DNA from: a virus
Lineage: Duplodnaviria > Caudoviricetes
DNA: 64,000 nt
Virus record (IMG/VR): IMGVR_UViG_3300010260_000160
Location: 2,000-65,999 of that record
Strand: one strand, 5' to 3'
Shown here one piece after another: positions 1-14,000 of this stretch (positions within the stretch are counted from its first letter, which is position 1; every line of letters begins with the position of its first letter). Both the position numbers and the translations under genes were made by a program. A model generated the notes under the pieces. The model made no database searches, was not told the origin of the DNA, and saw nothing but the letters and a program-made list of their open reading frames with translations.

Positions 1-220
1 TGTACTGCATAAGTTTTTCAACTATCTGCAATCGTTCATACGGCTTCACCATCAGAAGGTCCTTTTTAATCAGTCCTCCTTGGATAACCGGGTCATCAGA
101 TTCTGGATCTCCGTTCATATACCAATCAAGGAAATCCCCAATCACCGTTTTGAACCTTGCGTTTGATTTATTCGGAGTGCCTTTCTGCCGGCCTCCTGTC
201 TTGTTCCCGTCTTTGTCCAT
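1..220 (-). CDS. Partial conserved phage protein, possibly small terminase subunit (runs off the window)
   Basis: Translated by hand (not in the ORF track): MDKDGNKTGGRQKGTPNKSNARFKTVIGDFLDWY...RLQIVEKLMQY, open for 73 codons. The GGRQKGTPNK motif is typical of small-terminase-like phage proteins. Confidence 0.5.
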   Translation of the reverse strand, partial: MDKDGNKTGGRQKGTPNKSNARFKTVIGDFLDWYMNGDPESDDPVIQGGLIKKDLLMVKPYERLQIVEKLMQY

Positions 221-245
221 AAGTGTAAAACATAAAAAGCCACTT

Positions 246-253
246 CAAAGTTA
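246..253 (-). promoter_or_regulatory. Bacteroidota -7 promoter box (TAnnTTTG)
   Basis: Minus-strand TAACTTTG, 25 nt upstream of the ATG at 220. Confidence 0.5.
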
Positions 254-305
254 AGCCCTTATATTGGTCTCAACTTTTTATGTTTTACCAAAGTCGCATT
301 GAGAT

Positions 306-797
306 ATGATTGGTTCAATAATCGGTGCCGGAATGCAAGCCATTGGTTCAATAGCCGGCGGCATTATTCAGGGACAGGCAATGAAGAAGGTCGAGAAGAA
401 CCTTAAAGAACAGCAACAGCAGAATCAGGATTGGTATGACCGTCGTTACAACGAGGACGCTACCCAGAGGGCAGACGCACAGCGTCTTCTGACGATGACG
501 GAGAACTCCATCCGGGAGAGGAATAAACAATCTGCCGCCGCTGCCGCAGTGATGGGTGGTACCGAGGAATCAGTAGCCGCAGCAAAAGCCGCCAACAATC
601 AGGCACTCGTGGATGCTACATCCAACATAGCAGCTTCTGCAGATGCCAGAAAGGATAACATCGAGAATCAGTTTATGGCAACAAGGGCAAATCTGTATGC
701 ACAGCAGAACGACATCACGATGAAAAAGGCAGAGGCAACCGGACAGGCCGTTCAAGGTGTTACAGATGCAGCCAGCTCAATCGCAAGTGCATTTTAA
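306..797 (+). CDS. Putative internal virion/ejection protein
   Basis: 163 aa, Gly/Ala-rich amphipathic termini (MIGSIIGAGMQAIGSIAGG... / ...GVTDAASSIASAF) with a coiled middle; first gene of the operon leading to the polyvalent protein. Confidence 0.55.
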   Translation: MIGSIIGAGMQAIGSIAGGIIQGQAMKKVEKNLKEQQQQNQDWYDRRYNEDATQRADAQRLLTMTENSIRERNKQSAAAAAVMGGTEESVAAAKAANNQALVDATSNIAASADARKDNIENQFMATRANLYAQQNDITMKKAEATGQAVQGVTDAASSIASAF

Positions 798-809
798 TAA
801 TCACCCACT

Positions 810-2006
810 ATGCCAGACGAGACATTCAACGAAATTCTTGGCAACACTCCGCCAGGTAAAGCAGTTGCGGGTATGGCTCCGGAACTGCAACAGCAGTCAG
901 CACCCGTTACCGGTGCAGGGAATAAAACATCAGGAATGGCTCCGGAGAACACGCAGAACAACACTCGTGAACCATTGGAGCCGATTACTCCTGCGCCAAC
1001 TCCCAAAGCCACACAGCAAAACCAAAGCGACATCAAGCCGCAACAGCCTCAATCGATGACCTACACGGAGATGATACAGAGGCTGTCTCCGTATGTTCCT
1101 CCAACACCGGAAGAATTGGAGAAAGAAAGGAAACGCGAAAAGCAAAAAAGGCTCTGGGCTGCCATTGGTGATGGAATAGCAGCTTTTTCAAATCTATATT
1201 TTGCCAGCCAGTCAGGTATCAGCAACTACAAGTCAATGTCAAAGCCTCTCAACGAGCGGTTGGAAAAGATGCGTGAGGAACGGGAGAAGAACAACCAGCG
1301 TTATCTCTCGCTCTATATGTCTGCAAGACAACAGGACGATGCTGCTGACCGCTGGAAGCGTGACTTTGAATATCGGGCAGAGCAGGACAAGGCCCGTAAC
1401 GAAGAAAGTGCTCGTAGATGGCAGGAGCAATTCGACTACCAGAAAGGGAGAGATAATGTTGCTGATGAGCGTTATGCAGCCGAGCAGGAGTACAAGAAAG
1501 GTCGTGATAAGGATGCAGATGACAAGTGGAACAAGCAGTTTGAAGAAGGGCAGCGCAGGGCAAATCAGTCTCACGCACTTGCCGTTCAAAGACAGCAAGA
1601 CAGTTTTGAAATACAGAAGCACCGAATTGATGCATCTGAAGCAAGAGGAGTTCGTGGTAAGCAGCTTGGCTTCTCAAACGGAGACGGTGACCAGGTCAGC
1701 ATATATGAAAATGTTTGGAAAGGCTCAATGCAGCAGGTGTATGATGTGCTTGTAGAGGATATGAAAGCAGCCTATGAAGCCGACAAGCAGCATAACCCTC
1801 GTGTTCCTCGTCATAAAACCGAGAAAGAGAAAGAGGACTATGTAAAGCAGAATTGGCACAAGTCTCCTCGTGCAGCATCTATTATGCTTGCCCTCTCTCA
1901 AATTGACCCCGCTACGATGCGCTCGGAGATTTCAGAAGACGATGATGATTTCGAGAGTTACCGTACAGATACAGAAGAAGATTTCGAACAATATAGACAG
2001 AATTAA
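810..2006 (+). CDS. Putative internal virion/ejection protein
   Basis: 398 aa; disordered Pro/Gln N-terminus, one hydrophobic helix (LWAAIGDGIAAFSNLYFA), then charged repeats of the RD..D..W..QF.Y type. Confidence 0.5.
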   Translation: MPDETFNEILGNTPPGKAVAGMAPELQQQSAPVTGAGNKTSGMAPENTQNNTREPLEPITPAPTPKATQQNQSDIKPQQPQSMTYTEMIQRLSPYVPPTPEELEKERKREKQKRLWAAIGDGIAAFSNLYFASQSGISNYKSMSKPLNERLEKMREEREKNNQRYLSLYMSARQQDDAADRWKRDFEYRAEQDKARNEESARRWQEQFDYQKGRDNVADERYAAEQEYKKGRDKDADDKWNKQFEEGQRRANQSHALAVQRQQDSFEIQKHRIDASEARGVRGKQLGFSNGDGDQVSIYENVWKGSMQQVYDVLVEDMKAAYEADKQHNPRVPRHKTEKEKEDYVKQNWHKSPRAASIMLALSQIDPATMRSEISEDDDDFESYRTDTEEDFEQYRQN

Positions 2007-2008
2007 AT

Positions 2009-5000
2009 ATGCCTGTATATAAAGCAAATGGGAAAACCTACAACATTCCCGATGACAAGATAGAAGCATTTGAGAAGAGATACCCGAATGCGGAGGTGGA
2101 GATTTACGATAATGACGGTGCAGCATATTCCCTTCCAATCTCTAAACGCGTAAACTTTCAGAAGAAGTTTGATAAATGGAGTTATAGCAAGCCTGAGAGC
2201 AACGAGTCTCCAGAAGTAAGAAATGAACAGCCATTCAACGCTGCTACATTCCAAGAGCGCAGAAGGCAGATTCCTGGCGTGGACTTTTCTCCGATGCCGG
2301 AAGAATACCGAACTTCACGCGCAAATCAAGATCCAGGCGCAGCGGCATCCACGGTTCCAACAGTTGAAACACCGGAACCAACCGAACCAGAGAAACCAGA
2401 CACGACAAAATCCGCTACATCAAGCATTATTGACACTTCCTCAACGAGACGATTGCAGCGTCCAGGATACGAAGTCTCAACGATGCCGGAAGAATACCGC
2501 GCCCAACTTGACGCAAAAGACCCTTTGGACGAAGGTTTTGAGGATGAACCGCAGGGGCCTAATTGGGAACAGAGGCAGCAGGCTGGCAACAAGAGACAGG
2601 TCAAAGAATTGTCCGGCCATATAGATTCCCTTCTCACTGATGCTGTTAATGTCTCCGTTGATAGGTATAACAAACAGCAGGAGGATGCACAGAAGGAGAG
2701 TTGGTTCCGCAGGCTTTACAAGAGCATAGGCGAAAACTATGCTCCTCACGGTGATGCAATGATACCGGCAATGCGTGAGACGAGAAAGATTTATCACGGC
2801 GCAGGTGACCCGGAACTTCAAAACAAGATTGCATCTCTACAAGCGGCAAAGACCGCTATGACAAATGCCCAGAACATCATTGATGAAGCGGACAGAGCCA
2901 TCAACAAGGGAGAATACTCGAAGTTCTCAAGAACTTTCTTTGGCGGTGCATATCGTGGATTCGGCGACAAACTTTTTGATGTATCCACTTGGGATATGGG
3001 TATGTCCGACCTTGAAAATGCAACTGCTATGATGCAGGCCCTTGACGCATACGACAAAGGTACATTGACAGAGGCTCAGCAGGCTTTGCTTGACGCAAAA
3101 GCTGTTGAACTTGCTACAAACGCTTACTTTGGTTCGTATGTAGGTAGAGGATATAAGGCAGGTGCAGTCACGGCTGAATCCATTCCGTTTATGCTGGAGA
3201 TGTGCATCAACCCTGCATCGTCAGTCGGAGAGGCAGCGACAAGTCGTATGGCAAGGTATGCAATCAAGCGATTTGGAAAGGAGGCCGCTAAAAAGGCTGG
3301 GCAAAAGGTTGTCCGTGCAGTTGGTAGGGCCGGTGCAGATTTGCTCGGTGCTGCGGCTATGACAGCCACAAGCGGAGCAATCGGTACGACTGCCGATGCC
3401 ATAGAGAGGATGAACGGTCAAGTCATGGTTGATGAACTTGAACCGGGTGTAAGTGCATTTGCCGGAGTGGATGAGAATTCGCAGGAGGCCCCAGCAGCGG
3501 CTTTTGCAAAAGCTTTTGCAGGTAGAACTATTGAGAACTATTCCGAGATGGTCGGAGAGTACTTCTCTCCTGTATTCAAGGCTACTGGTAAAATGGCTGG
3601 CCGTGGCCTTGAGAAAATTGGTCTTGGCAAGGTCAATAAGTTCATAGACGATATTGCGGCGAGTGATGTTGCAAGAATCGTTACTGACTTTGAGAAGAAT
3701 GCTAAATGGAATGGTGTATTTGGCGAATATGCGGAGGAGGTTGTTGGAAACTGTATGAATGCCCTTGTCGTAGGAGATATGACATTTGATGCTGCGGAAG
3801 GAACCGGAGTTTTCAATCTTGACCAGAACATTGATACTTTCCTCGGTGTCGCTCTGATGGGTGGATTTATGTCAACCATCAAGACCGCAGGATACAGAAC
3901 ACCAAAATATAGAACCCGCAAATCACTTGAAAGAGCCGACAATGCTGCTGGTGCTGCTTTTGACGGTACCGGTATGTGGGAAGATATGCGCAGCCAGATC
4001 CAGGAAGACCCGAATGCAGCACTTCACAATGTGCTCACAGAGGACTATACACCGGAACAGAGACAAGCCGTCCTGCAATATGTCAAGGCTTTTCAGGAGT
4101 ATGACGGTGTTTTGAAAGCCGAGCAGAAAAGACGCACTGCACCAGATTCTAATCCTGTTCAGACCGACCTGGAGACATCATTTGACAACGGCTACGAGCT
4201 GGTCGGAGATGAGGAGATGGCCGATGCACGGAATATGTACTTCGCGCAGAAATCCAAACTGTACGACACCATAGGACTTGATGACATTGACGAGCAGCAG
4301 ACGCTGAATGTTGACGACTTGCCATATTTCGGTTACGAAAGAGAAGTCATCATTGACTATCTTAACGCAAAAGCAACCTATCAGGGAATGATAGAGCGTG
4401 TTAGGGATGATATTGATAGCAGGATAATGGCTGCAGAGACTCAAATAGACCTCAACACGAATGCTACTGACGGCCTCATCCATTCTGCGATTACTTCTGA
4501 TGACCGCAATGTCTATATTACCGGAGGAAGAATTGTACTATCTGATGATGGAACCATTGACAGAGAGAAATCTGACAAGGAAATCATCATCCGTGATATG
4601 CAGACCGGAAAGAAAGAGTTCTGGGACATCTCAATGCTTAAACAGGTTGATGCCTCTGTTGACCCTGTTGTTGAAAAGAATACTGCTGCCGAGGCAGTCC
4701 GAGAAAGTGTAGGCCGTGCCGCAGCAGATAAGATTGACGGACGCTTGCACTTCCAGATGGGGGATGTTTACACATTGACAACCCCTAACGGAGATTCCTT
4801 CCCTGTTGAAATCACAGCCAACGAGCAAGGTGTCATTGACAATGGGGATGGAACAGTGAATGTAATCCTCAACGGTGCAACCGTGGATGGTTCTCCAGTC
4901 ATATCCCAGATGTCAAAGTCTGAGATTCAGCAGATGGCAAGCGCGACTAACCTTGGCCGGCTCGCACAATACCAACAGCAGAAGGGTGCTGAAAAGGCTA

Positions 5001-8000
5001 ATATACCGCCGTACAGACTTGATGATGTCGTGACGCTTAATGTGGACGGCCAGCCCGTAAGAGGTTCAATCACTGCTGATGCTGATGCAGACGGGAGATA
5101 CGAGGTCTATACTGAAACACCGATTGCTGGTCATAGCGTGAATCTGTTCACCAGAGAGGAACTTGACAGTATGGTGTCAGAACTCAACGGACAGCCGGTT
5201 ACTTCCGTTTCACAGGATGATGCTTCTGGTACGCAAAACCCGGTTTCTGGTACGGAAACCGGCGGAATTAGTACACTTTCATCTGAAATTGGAACAGTTC
5301 CGGCCGAAAATGGAACACCTGTAGCGGCGACCGATACTGGCAGCGCGATGTCAAGAATACCGGTTGATGAGAATAATGTGCCACAGTTCGAGCAGGCTCC
5401 ACTCAATGACGGCTGGGATGCTCTTATGGAACTCAATGAGGGAAACGAGCAGGACACCATTGAGATGGCCCGTGATATGATAGCCAATTCTGAGGCAGAG
5501 TTACAGAAAGCACAGAGCAAGAAACCGAAGGGCACAAATCCTCTTGAAATCAAGCGCAGCCGTGACGAAATCCGTGCAGGTATTTCAGCAGCTCAAAAGA
5601 AGGTGGACTTCTGGAAAAGAATTGCAAGTTATCCGGAGATGCGCCGCAAGGAGATGGAGGAACAGGCAAAGATGCAGAGAAGATTGAAACTTGCGGAGGC
5701 CCGCAGGATTCAGAGGCAGCAGGGAAGATTTGGGAAGGAAGATAGAGTTCTGGGAGACGCGCTCTCGTTTGAGGAATATGTGATGCGCTCCATTGCAAAT
5801 GGTGCGGTCCGCTTCAAATGGGGCAACGACCCGAACAATGCCTCAATTAAAGGTCTCGGCTCACATCTTGGATTCAATGACAACTCATCAGAGCGCAATC
5901 ATCGTATCTGGATGTTAAGCAATGAGGAAGGCTTGTATCCTGAAACTGCTGCCGAGGAGTTGCTCCAGGGATATGCTGAACAGCTTGGACTGGATGAAGT
6001 CCCGGGAATGGACACAATGGATGCATTCAACACGATGTTAAATGTCCTTCTGTCATACTCGTCATCCCGGTCAATGTTTGATGCTGCAAAAGAACTGCAT
6101 CAGAAGAATGACCCAACATTCCTCGAAGCTAAAGAAGCTGAAATAGCTCAGGCTATGGCAGAGGAGCAAGCAGTTGCAAATAATTACACTCTATCTGACG
6201 AGGTGGATGACAATGGCCGACAGTTCGTCCTTTCGCCAAGCGGTCAGTTATCTTTCGGAGACATAACGAAGGAAAGCGGATTAACAGAAGCACCTATTCT
6301 TTTGAGTGAGGGAGTTATTACTAACCCTGTCACGAATGATGGATACGGTCTTGTTCATATTGAGGCACGACACGGCGATGAAATACGCAAAGCTGGGTAT
6401 GCATCTGTGTTAGATTTCATTGATGAGGTCGCAAAGAATTACGAAGTAATCAGGAAGGGAAAGGAGCGTGACGGAATCCAGACCTATATGCTCCAACTTA
6501 CTGACAAGCACAACAACACATTGATGGTAGAGTTGTCAAATGACGGTTCGTACTGGAACATAAACACCGCAGGAATATTCAAGACATCCTACGGTGCTAA
6601 AAATAATGTTGTGTATGACCGCCATACTACGGAAAAACAGCCTGCCGAAACTGTTGAAGCATCGCTCGAAGGAGAACAGCGCGGCACAACTCCTTCAACC
6701 AGCATGAGTGCTCCTGCACAACTTTCTGAAAACAAAGGTAGTGAAATTCCGGAAGAAAACAACGGTCAGCCGGAAAATCCGACAGTCGCAGCGATCCAGG
6801 AAGCGCGTCAGGAAGTCAATACTGAACCAACTGATGCACAGAAGAAAGCCGGTAATTACAGAAAAGGACATCTGAAGATTGACGGTTACGACATAAGCAT
6901 TGAGAATCCAAAAGGCTCAATGAGACGCGGAACAGATTCGGACGGTGAACACTGGGAGACAGAAATGCAGAACGATTACGGTTACATCCGTGGCACAGAG
7001 TCCGTGGATGGAGACCATATCGATGTGTATCTTTCCGACAATCCGTCAGAAGGAAAAGTTTTTGTTATTGACCAGGTGAATCCAAAGACCGGTGAATTTG
7101 ACGAGCATAAGGTGATGTACGGGTTTGCTGATGAACAGTCAGCACGGGATGCTTATCTCTCGAACTATGCCGAAGGATGGCAGGGACTTGGAAACATCAG
7201 CGAAGTATCTAAGGAGGAGTTCAGTGATTGGATTAAGTCATCCAAGAGGAAGACAAAGCCCTTCGCTGAATATAAAGTTATAGATAACCTGCACGCAAAA
7301 CGCCGTGAAGTCTATGATTCTGTCGATGAAGGCGATGTTCTTGTTGATGCAAATGGAGGAACTATCAAGATTCTCAAAAAATATCCAAATTACAGAGGTT
7401 ACAAGTTGGATATTTCAAATCCTTCATTCGGTGGTATTGTTGAGGCTTCACTTGCCGACTTGTATTACAGAGTGAACGAGGAAGGCTACAAAAAATCGGA
7501 GAAACCTGCTGAAAGTGATTCCGGAATCGCCAAACAGGTCAATGTTGAAGGTCTGATGAATGCACTGTCAACAGCAGGGCAGGCGAAACTGTCAGACTTT
7601 GCGGAGGACATTCCTCAGGCAATAGACCAGACCGAAAATGATTCTGTGAACATTGAGCCTGCTACATACACCACAAAGGCAGGCAAGACACTGAATATGT
7701 TCCGTGTCAATCCGGGCAGAGAGCTGTCAAAGGATGAATGGAGAGCCGTTTCAAAGTTCCTCAAAGACAACAGAGGCTGGAAAGACCGTGAGAACGGCGG
7801 TTTTATGGTACGCACAGAGGAAAATGCGAATGAACTTGCAAATCTGCTTCGTGATGCTGATGCAATGAGCGAAGCAAGGCCAGTGTCGCTTACTGAAATG
7901 CAACAGCTTGGCTCCGTATCCGTAACCAATTCCGATGATGCAGCCTCAACCACAGAGGACACACTGCCAGAATGGGGATATGAACTTGTAACCTATTCAG

Positions 8001-11000
8001 ATGGCTATTCATATCTCTCTCGTTACAAGAGGATGCCTAACGGAGTGCCTGTCTATGACGGACGACATGTAGCAGAGGCGAATGACCCAGAAACTCTCGA
8101 AGCGATTCTCAAGCACAACAATCTGTATGATTTGTTGTCAGATGTTGACAAATCGAATCTTGATTACCGTGTAAGCAACTGGAAGTTCAAGAAGCGCGTC
8201 AAGGAGGAAGGTATCAATGGGCTCAAACTCAATGATAAGGTTATCTACAAAGGCAAAGAAGCCACTGTACACGACTTTGAGGAATACGGAGACCATCGTC
8301 CTGTATTGGATGTCGGCCTTTCTCCTGTTGCTTATGAGGTCGTAGATTGGGATAAGGTTGAAAAGATTGGCAACTCTGATGTCCCGGCCAAAGATGCAGC
8401 ACCGAAAGCAGAAGAACGGCCCGTCAATCCTTCCGGAAACAAACTCGTGACAGATGAACGATATGCAGAACTGCGGATGAAGATGATGCAGAAACTGCAA
8501 GGACAGTTGAATATGGGAATTGACCCGGAAATCCTTGCAATAGGTACTGAAATGGCGGTATATCACATCGAAAAAGGAGCACGCAAGTTTGTCGAATATG
8601 CCAAAGCGATGATTGCCGACCTTTCTGATGCTATCCGTCCATACCTGAAAGCATTCTATAACGGAGCAAGAGACCTTCCGGAAATGCAGGAATCCGGCCT
8701 TGCAGCAGAGATGGATTCGTATGCTGATGTGCAGGCAGTTGATGTGGCTAATTTTGATAAAGAGACTGCCAATATCATTTCTACGGTTGAAATGGTTGAA
8801 AAAGAAGCAGAAGTTGAGCAGCAGGCGAAAGTTGGCGCAGAAAAACTGCAAAGGGCACGCAACACTGCAGACAAGACTGTCACCGAATCCGAAAAGAAAG
8901 CACGCAGGGCATTCTCTCGTGCAGTAGCAGGCGAAATGCTTGGTGCACTTTCAACCGGGAATCGTCCGTTTGAAAGCATCAGAGACCTGCGTAAACTCGC
9001 AGAAGAATGCGGAATGACACTTGACACGCTTGGCTCATCAGACATTCTCATTCAGGAACTGGTTGAGGATGGCCTTGTGACCGCTGCAAGGGACATAATG
9101 GACAGTGGGCACTATGGTGACATCACTTCAAGGGATGCTTACAATGCCATTGTTCAGCTCTACGAAATGCAGCCGACCATATCACAGCGCAGCAGTACCA
9201 GAATCAAGATGCAGCAGTACTCCACTCCGCTGCCAATGGCCTTCGTTGCTGATATGTTCGCATACAATCCAAAGACTACCGCCTCTGTTCTCGAACCGAC
9301 AGCAGGGAATGGTATGCTTGTATTCGGAATCCCGGCTGACCGTGTTCACGCAAATGAATTGGATGAGAACAGACTTGCCAATCTTCGCGAACAGGGTTTC
9401 AAAGAAGTTACTTCGCAGGACGGTGCACAGCCATTCTCCGGTACTTATGATGCTGTCATAGCGAATCCTCCATTCGGCAGCGCGGAAGCAAAGGAATACG
9501 ATGGTATAAGCATCTCCGGACTGGATCCGCAGATTGCTTTGAACGCACTTGAAAGTATGGTAGATGACGGCAGGGCTGCGATAATTGTAGGCGGCAACTT
9601 GGAATATGCAGGCAATGGAGCAATCAAAGGAGGCAAGAAAGCATTCTTCTCATATCTGTACGACCACTACAATGTACGCGGCATCATTGATATGTCGGGA
9701 GACCTGTATAAGAGACAAGGTACGACATTCCCTACAATGATGATTCTGATTGATGGACGCAGGAGTGAGGAGGAACGCGCACAGACAAAGATATATCCTC
9801 CTGTAAAATCTGCCGCTATTGGAAAAGTAAATAATTTTGAGGAACTTTACGACACTGTTGTAAGTGTCCTCTCATCAAACAGAAAGACTAATGGATACGA
9901 AACTGTACGCACCCAAGAATTGGGATTGTTTGACAATAACGGACCATCCGGGACAGCTTCGCCGGACGGACCTCGTGTGGAACATAATGAGAATGATTCT
10001 GATGTCAGACGAGGAACTGAACGCACAAGAAGCGATAGACCTTCTGGACGAACTGGAAATGGAGGAGTTCAACGCACTGAGAAGCAGGGCGGAGGCAGAA
10101 CTTCAGGAGCCGCAGATACAGTTGTATCTGGAGCGCAAACAGATACAGGTGGGAGAAAAACTGCATCTGATGAACGAGGAAATGATGCAGTACCTTCTGG
10201 GGACACCGACAACAACGGGAGAGCTGGACAATCTGAATTGGAAAGCATTCCTTCAGTGGGAACTTCCGGAACCGGAGTGGGAGTAGCCCAGCCTGTTAAG
10301 AAATCCAAAGAAAAGCAGAAAGAAGAAAGAAAACTGACTGATGAGAAGTTGCATTATGTGCAGCACTCGTCCGCATTCAGTCTTGAATCCGTTGCCCCTG
10401 CCGCTATGGTTGAGGCGATGGATGCCACCCTTGCCAAAATCGAGGACAAATATGGAAAGACCATTGATGAATTTGTGACTGATGAACTCGGTTATGATTC
10501 CATCACTGCAATGCATAACGCACTCGCTGCCGAGCAGGTTGATTCTGTTGCAATGGCAATAGACCAGATGAAGCAAGGACAGGCACTTGTTATCGGTGAC
10601 CAGACTGGTGTCGGTAAAGGCCGTCAGATGGCAGCTCTCATCCGCTGGGCCGTCCGTCAAGGAACGCAGCCAATATTCATCACCCAGAAAGCAACTCTAT
10701 TCACTGACATTTACCGTGACCTTGTTGACATCGGAAGCGGAGACTTGAATCCGTTCATCTTCAATGCTGTGGAGACATCAAAAGATGCTGAAACAGGAGA
10801 AACTGTCTATGGTGGTGGAGTTATGAAGGATAGTAACGGGGTCCTTGTTCATCGTGCTCCTACATCTGCGAAATTATCAGAAATCTTTGAATCCGGGGAA
10901 CTCCCTGCGGAATACGATTTCGCAGTACTGACCTATTCCCAGGTCAACACTGGTGATGAGGCTTCTGCCATGGAGGCTTACAACGAGAAGAAAAAGAACG

Positions 11001-14000
11001 GAGCAAGAGCAGCGAAGCCAAAGAATATCAGGTCCAATCCAAAAGCGGACTTTTTGCGCAAGATTGCAAAGGACAATTATTTGTTCCTTGATGAAAGCCA
11101 TACTGCAGCAGGCGATTCCAAGTCAGGATATTATCTACAAAGTCTCGTGAAAGATGCAGCGGCAGTGACTTTTGCATCAGCCACATTCGCAAAGAGACCG
11201 GACACTATGCCGCTATATGCGCTTCGCACGGCAATGAGCAAGGCACAGCTCGGAGAGGGAAAGAGCCTCATCGGAATTATCAAGCGCGGTGGAGTAACAT
11301 TGCAGGAGATTATGTCCCGTGCGCTCACAGCCGCTGGCCAGATGGTAAGACGCGAGCGTGATATGTCGGATGTCAGAACCGATTGGGAAACCGTTACAGA
11401 CCCTCAGACAGTCGAGAAGGCCCGCAAGAATTACGACAAGACAATTGAGGCGTTCAACGACATCATTGAGTTTCAATCAAAGTATGTCACTCCATTGATT
11501 GACGCTCTTTCAAGTGGCCTTGCTTTGATGGGAAGTCAGGCAAAGCACAAGAAAGGCACAAAGAAGATGGGTATTGACAATGTGCCTTTCGCCTCGAAGA
11601 CATACAACTACACTAAACAGTTGATGCTTGCACTGAAAACAGATGCAATCATTGACCGTGTGACAAAGGAGATCCAGGAAGGCCGTCATCCTGTCATTGC
11701 TCTGGAAAGCACAATGGAAGGACTCTTAAAAGATTCCTATATGCCTGGTGATGTTGTCGAGAATCCCACATTTGCCGCCAGTCTCCTTCGTGGACTTGAT
11801 ACTGTTCTTCAATACACTGTCACTGACGAGAACGGAAAGGAGACACACCGTTCATACTCTCCATCTGAACTTGGCGAGGAAGGTGCACGGGCATATTATG
11901 AGTTGAGAGACAAAATCATTGAAGCGACGAGCGATATTTACATCAGTCCTCTCGATGCCATAATCAACGGACTTAAGGAGAGAGGATTCAAAGTCGGAGA
12001 ATTGACAGGACGAACACTCTGCGCAGAAATTGATGCTGAGGGCAAGACTATTGTCCGTAAGCGTACAGACACAGACAAATTGAAGATGATGCAGGACTTC
12101 AATAGTGGTGCTCTTGATGTGCTTGTGCTGAATAAGTCAGCATCTACCGGAATATCGCTTCACGCATCAAAGAAATTCAAGGACCAGCGTCAGAGGTCAA
12201 TGATTATTGCGCAGCCTCTTTCTGACATCAACGACTATATGCAGATGATTGGCCGTATTGACAGGACAGGACAAGTGCATCGTGGATATTACATCAACCT
12301 TGCGTTACCTGTCCCGGCAGAGCAGAGATTCAATATGATGCTGTCCACTAAATTGAAATCTCTGAATGCCAATACGACCACTTCACAGGATAGCGAAAGC
12401 AACAGTGTTGATGCACCAGACCTCCTCAACAAGTACGGCAGTCAGGTTGTTGTAGAGTATCTTCGTGACAATCCAGCCATATACACAAAACTTGGATGGC
12501 CTCTCAAAGATGCAAAGGGACAAGTACGAGCTGTTGACCTTGATGAGTATAAACCATCAGAGGATGATGCCAGAAGAATAACAGGCTATGTTGCACTGCT
12601 CTCAACCAAAGAGCAGCAGGACTTCTATGATGATGTCATACGCAGGTATAATGACCTCATCAATTATCTCAATGAGACCGGGACAAATGATTTGAAGATT
12701 ACCGTTATGCCTCTTGAAGCAAAGACGGTAGAAAAATCAGTGTCTTCCGAAGGAGCTGAACCGGATGGCGACAATCCGTTTGCGCAGCACGCATTTGTTG
12801 AAAAGGTGGAAATGAATGTGTTGAGCAAACCGATGTCTGCTGATGAAGTACGCAAGACAATCAAGAAACTTAACGGAGAAAAGGACGGCGCAGAGAGACG
12901 GACCGAAATCCTCAACCAACTTCGTGAAGAATCTCAGGCACGCCTTAATGCAGAAGATGAACGATACGAGGCTGCAAAGGCCAAAGGAGAGGAGGACATC
13001 GCCAAGCGAACTGCCGTCATAATGGCGAAGGAAAAAATGTCTGACGAGGAAAAGAAACAGGCCATAGACCGTTTCACAGAGACCATCCACGAAAAGATTG
13101 AAAGCACTCACGAGGACAACCGTAAGAAGATTATTGCTTCAGCTAATTCTCTGATGCGAAGGATGATGTCCTTTGATGTTGAGAAGACATATATGATTGC
13201 CGACAATCTCGGTAATGGTGGACAGTCTTTGTTCTGTTCTCCGGCTATCTTCTGCGGTTTCAAAGCCAAGGAATCAAAGATTACGGCCTCAACCACTATT
13301 GCTGTCTTCGCTCCTCTTGACGGGCGTAGAAGAATAGAAGTGAAAATGTCCGATATGACTGCCTGCAATCAGATAATTGACCTCACCGAACTGAATTATC
13401 AGACCGCTGCGGAGACAAATCTATCCAATTGGGACAGCCAGATTCCAAACGAAACACGCAAGACTGGTTACATTCTCACCGGAAATATTTTGCAGGCAAT
13501 TGCAGACACTTCTGATGAATATGGTAACTATACCGGGCAGCTCGTATCATTCAGCGATGATGAGGGAAATGTCCGTGACGGAATCCTTATGCCGGACCAG
13601 TGGACACCTACACTCCTTCCGAGTGCCGGAGTACCTATCAATGCAAGAGCTGCGGACATTATGAAAGGCCGGTCATTCTCAAGCACGGACGGAAGCATAT
13701 CGATACAGACAGGTTATTTTCGTTCAGCAGGAGAACCGATGTATTTTGAATTGTCCGTTCCGAAAAGCAAGGCAAAGGGAGGGAAGTACTTCCTTAATGA
13801 TGAATTATTGTCTTTGCTCCACGGAGAGTTCAGAACCCGTTCAGGAAAGATGCAGGCAACTGTATGGCCGGATAACATCAAGGCCGTGCTTGACCTTTTG
13901 TCCCGTATGGGAGTGAGAGTTGCCGATTCTCCACGAGGACAGGAAGATTCACGCCGTTACCGCGATGGATACCACGGAACAATTGCAGATTTCGATGCAT

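Noticed and set aside
2292-2499. 19-nt exact direct repeat CGATGCCGGAAGAATACCG (2292-2310 and 2481-2499)
   Set aside because: It encodes a duplicated MPEEYR peptide in a disordered region; there are only two copies and no sign of a mobile or regulatory role.
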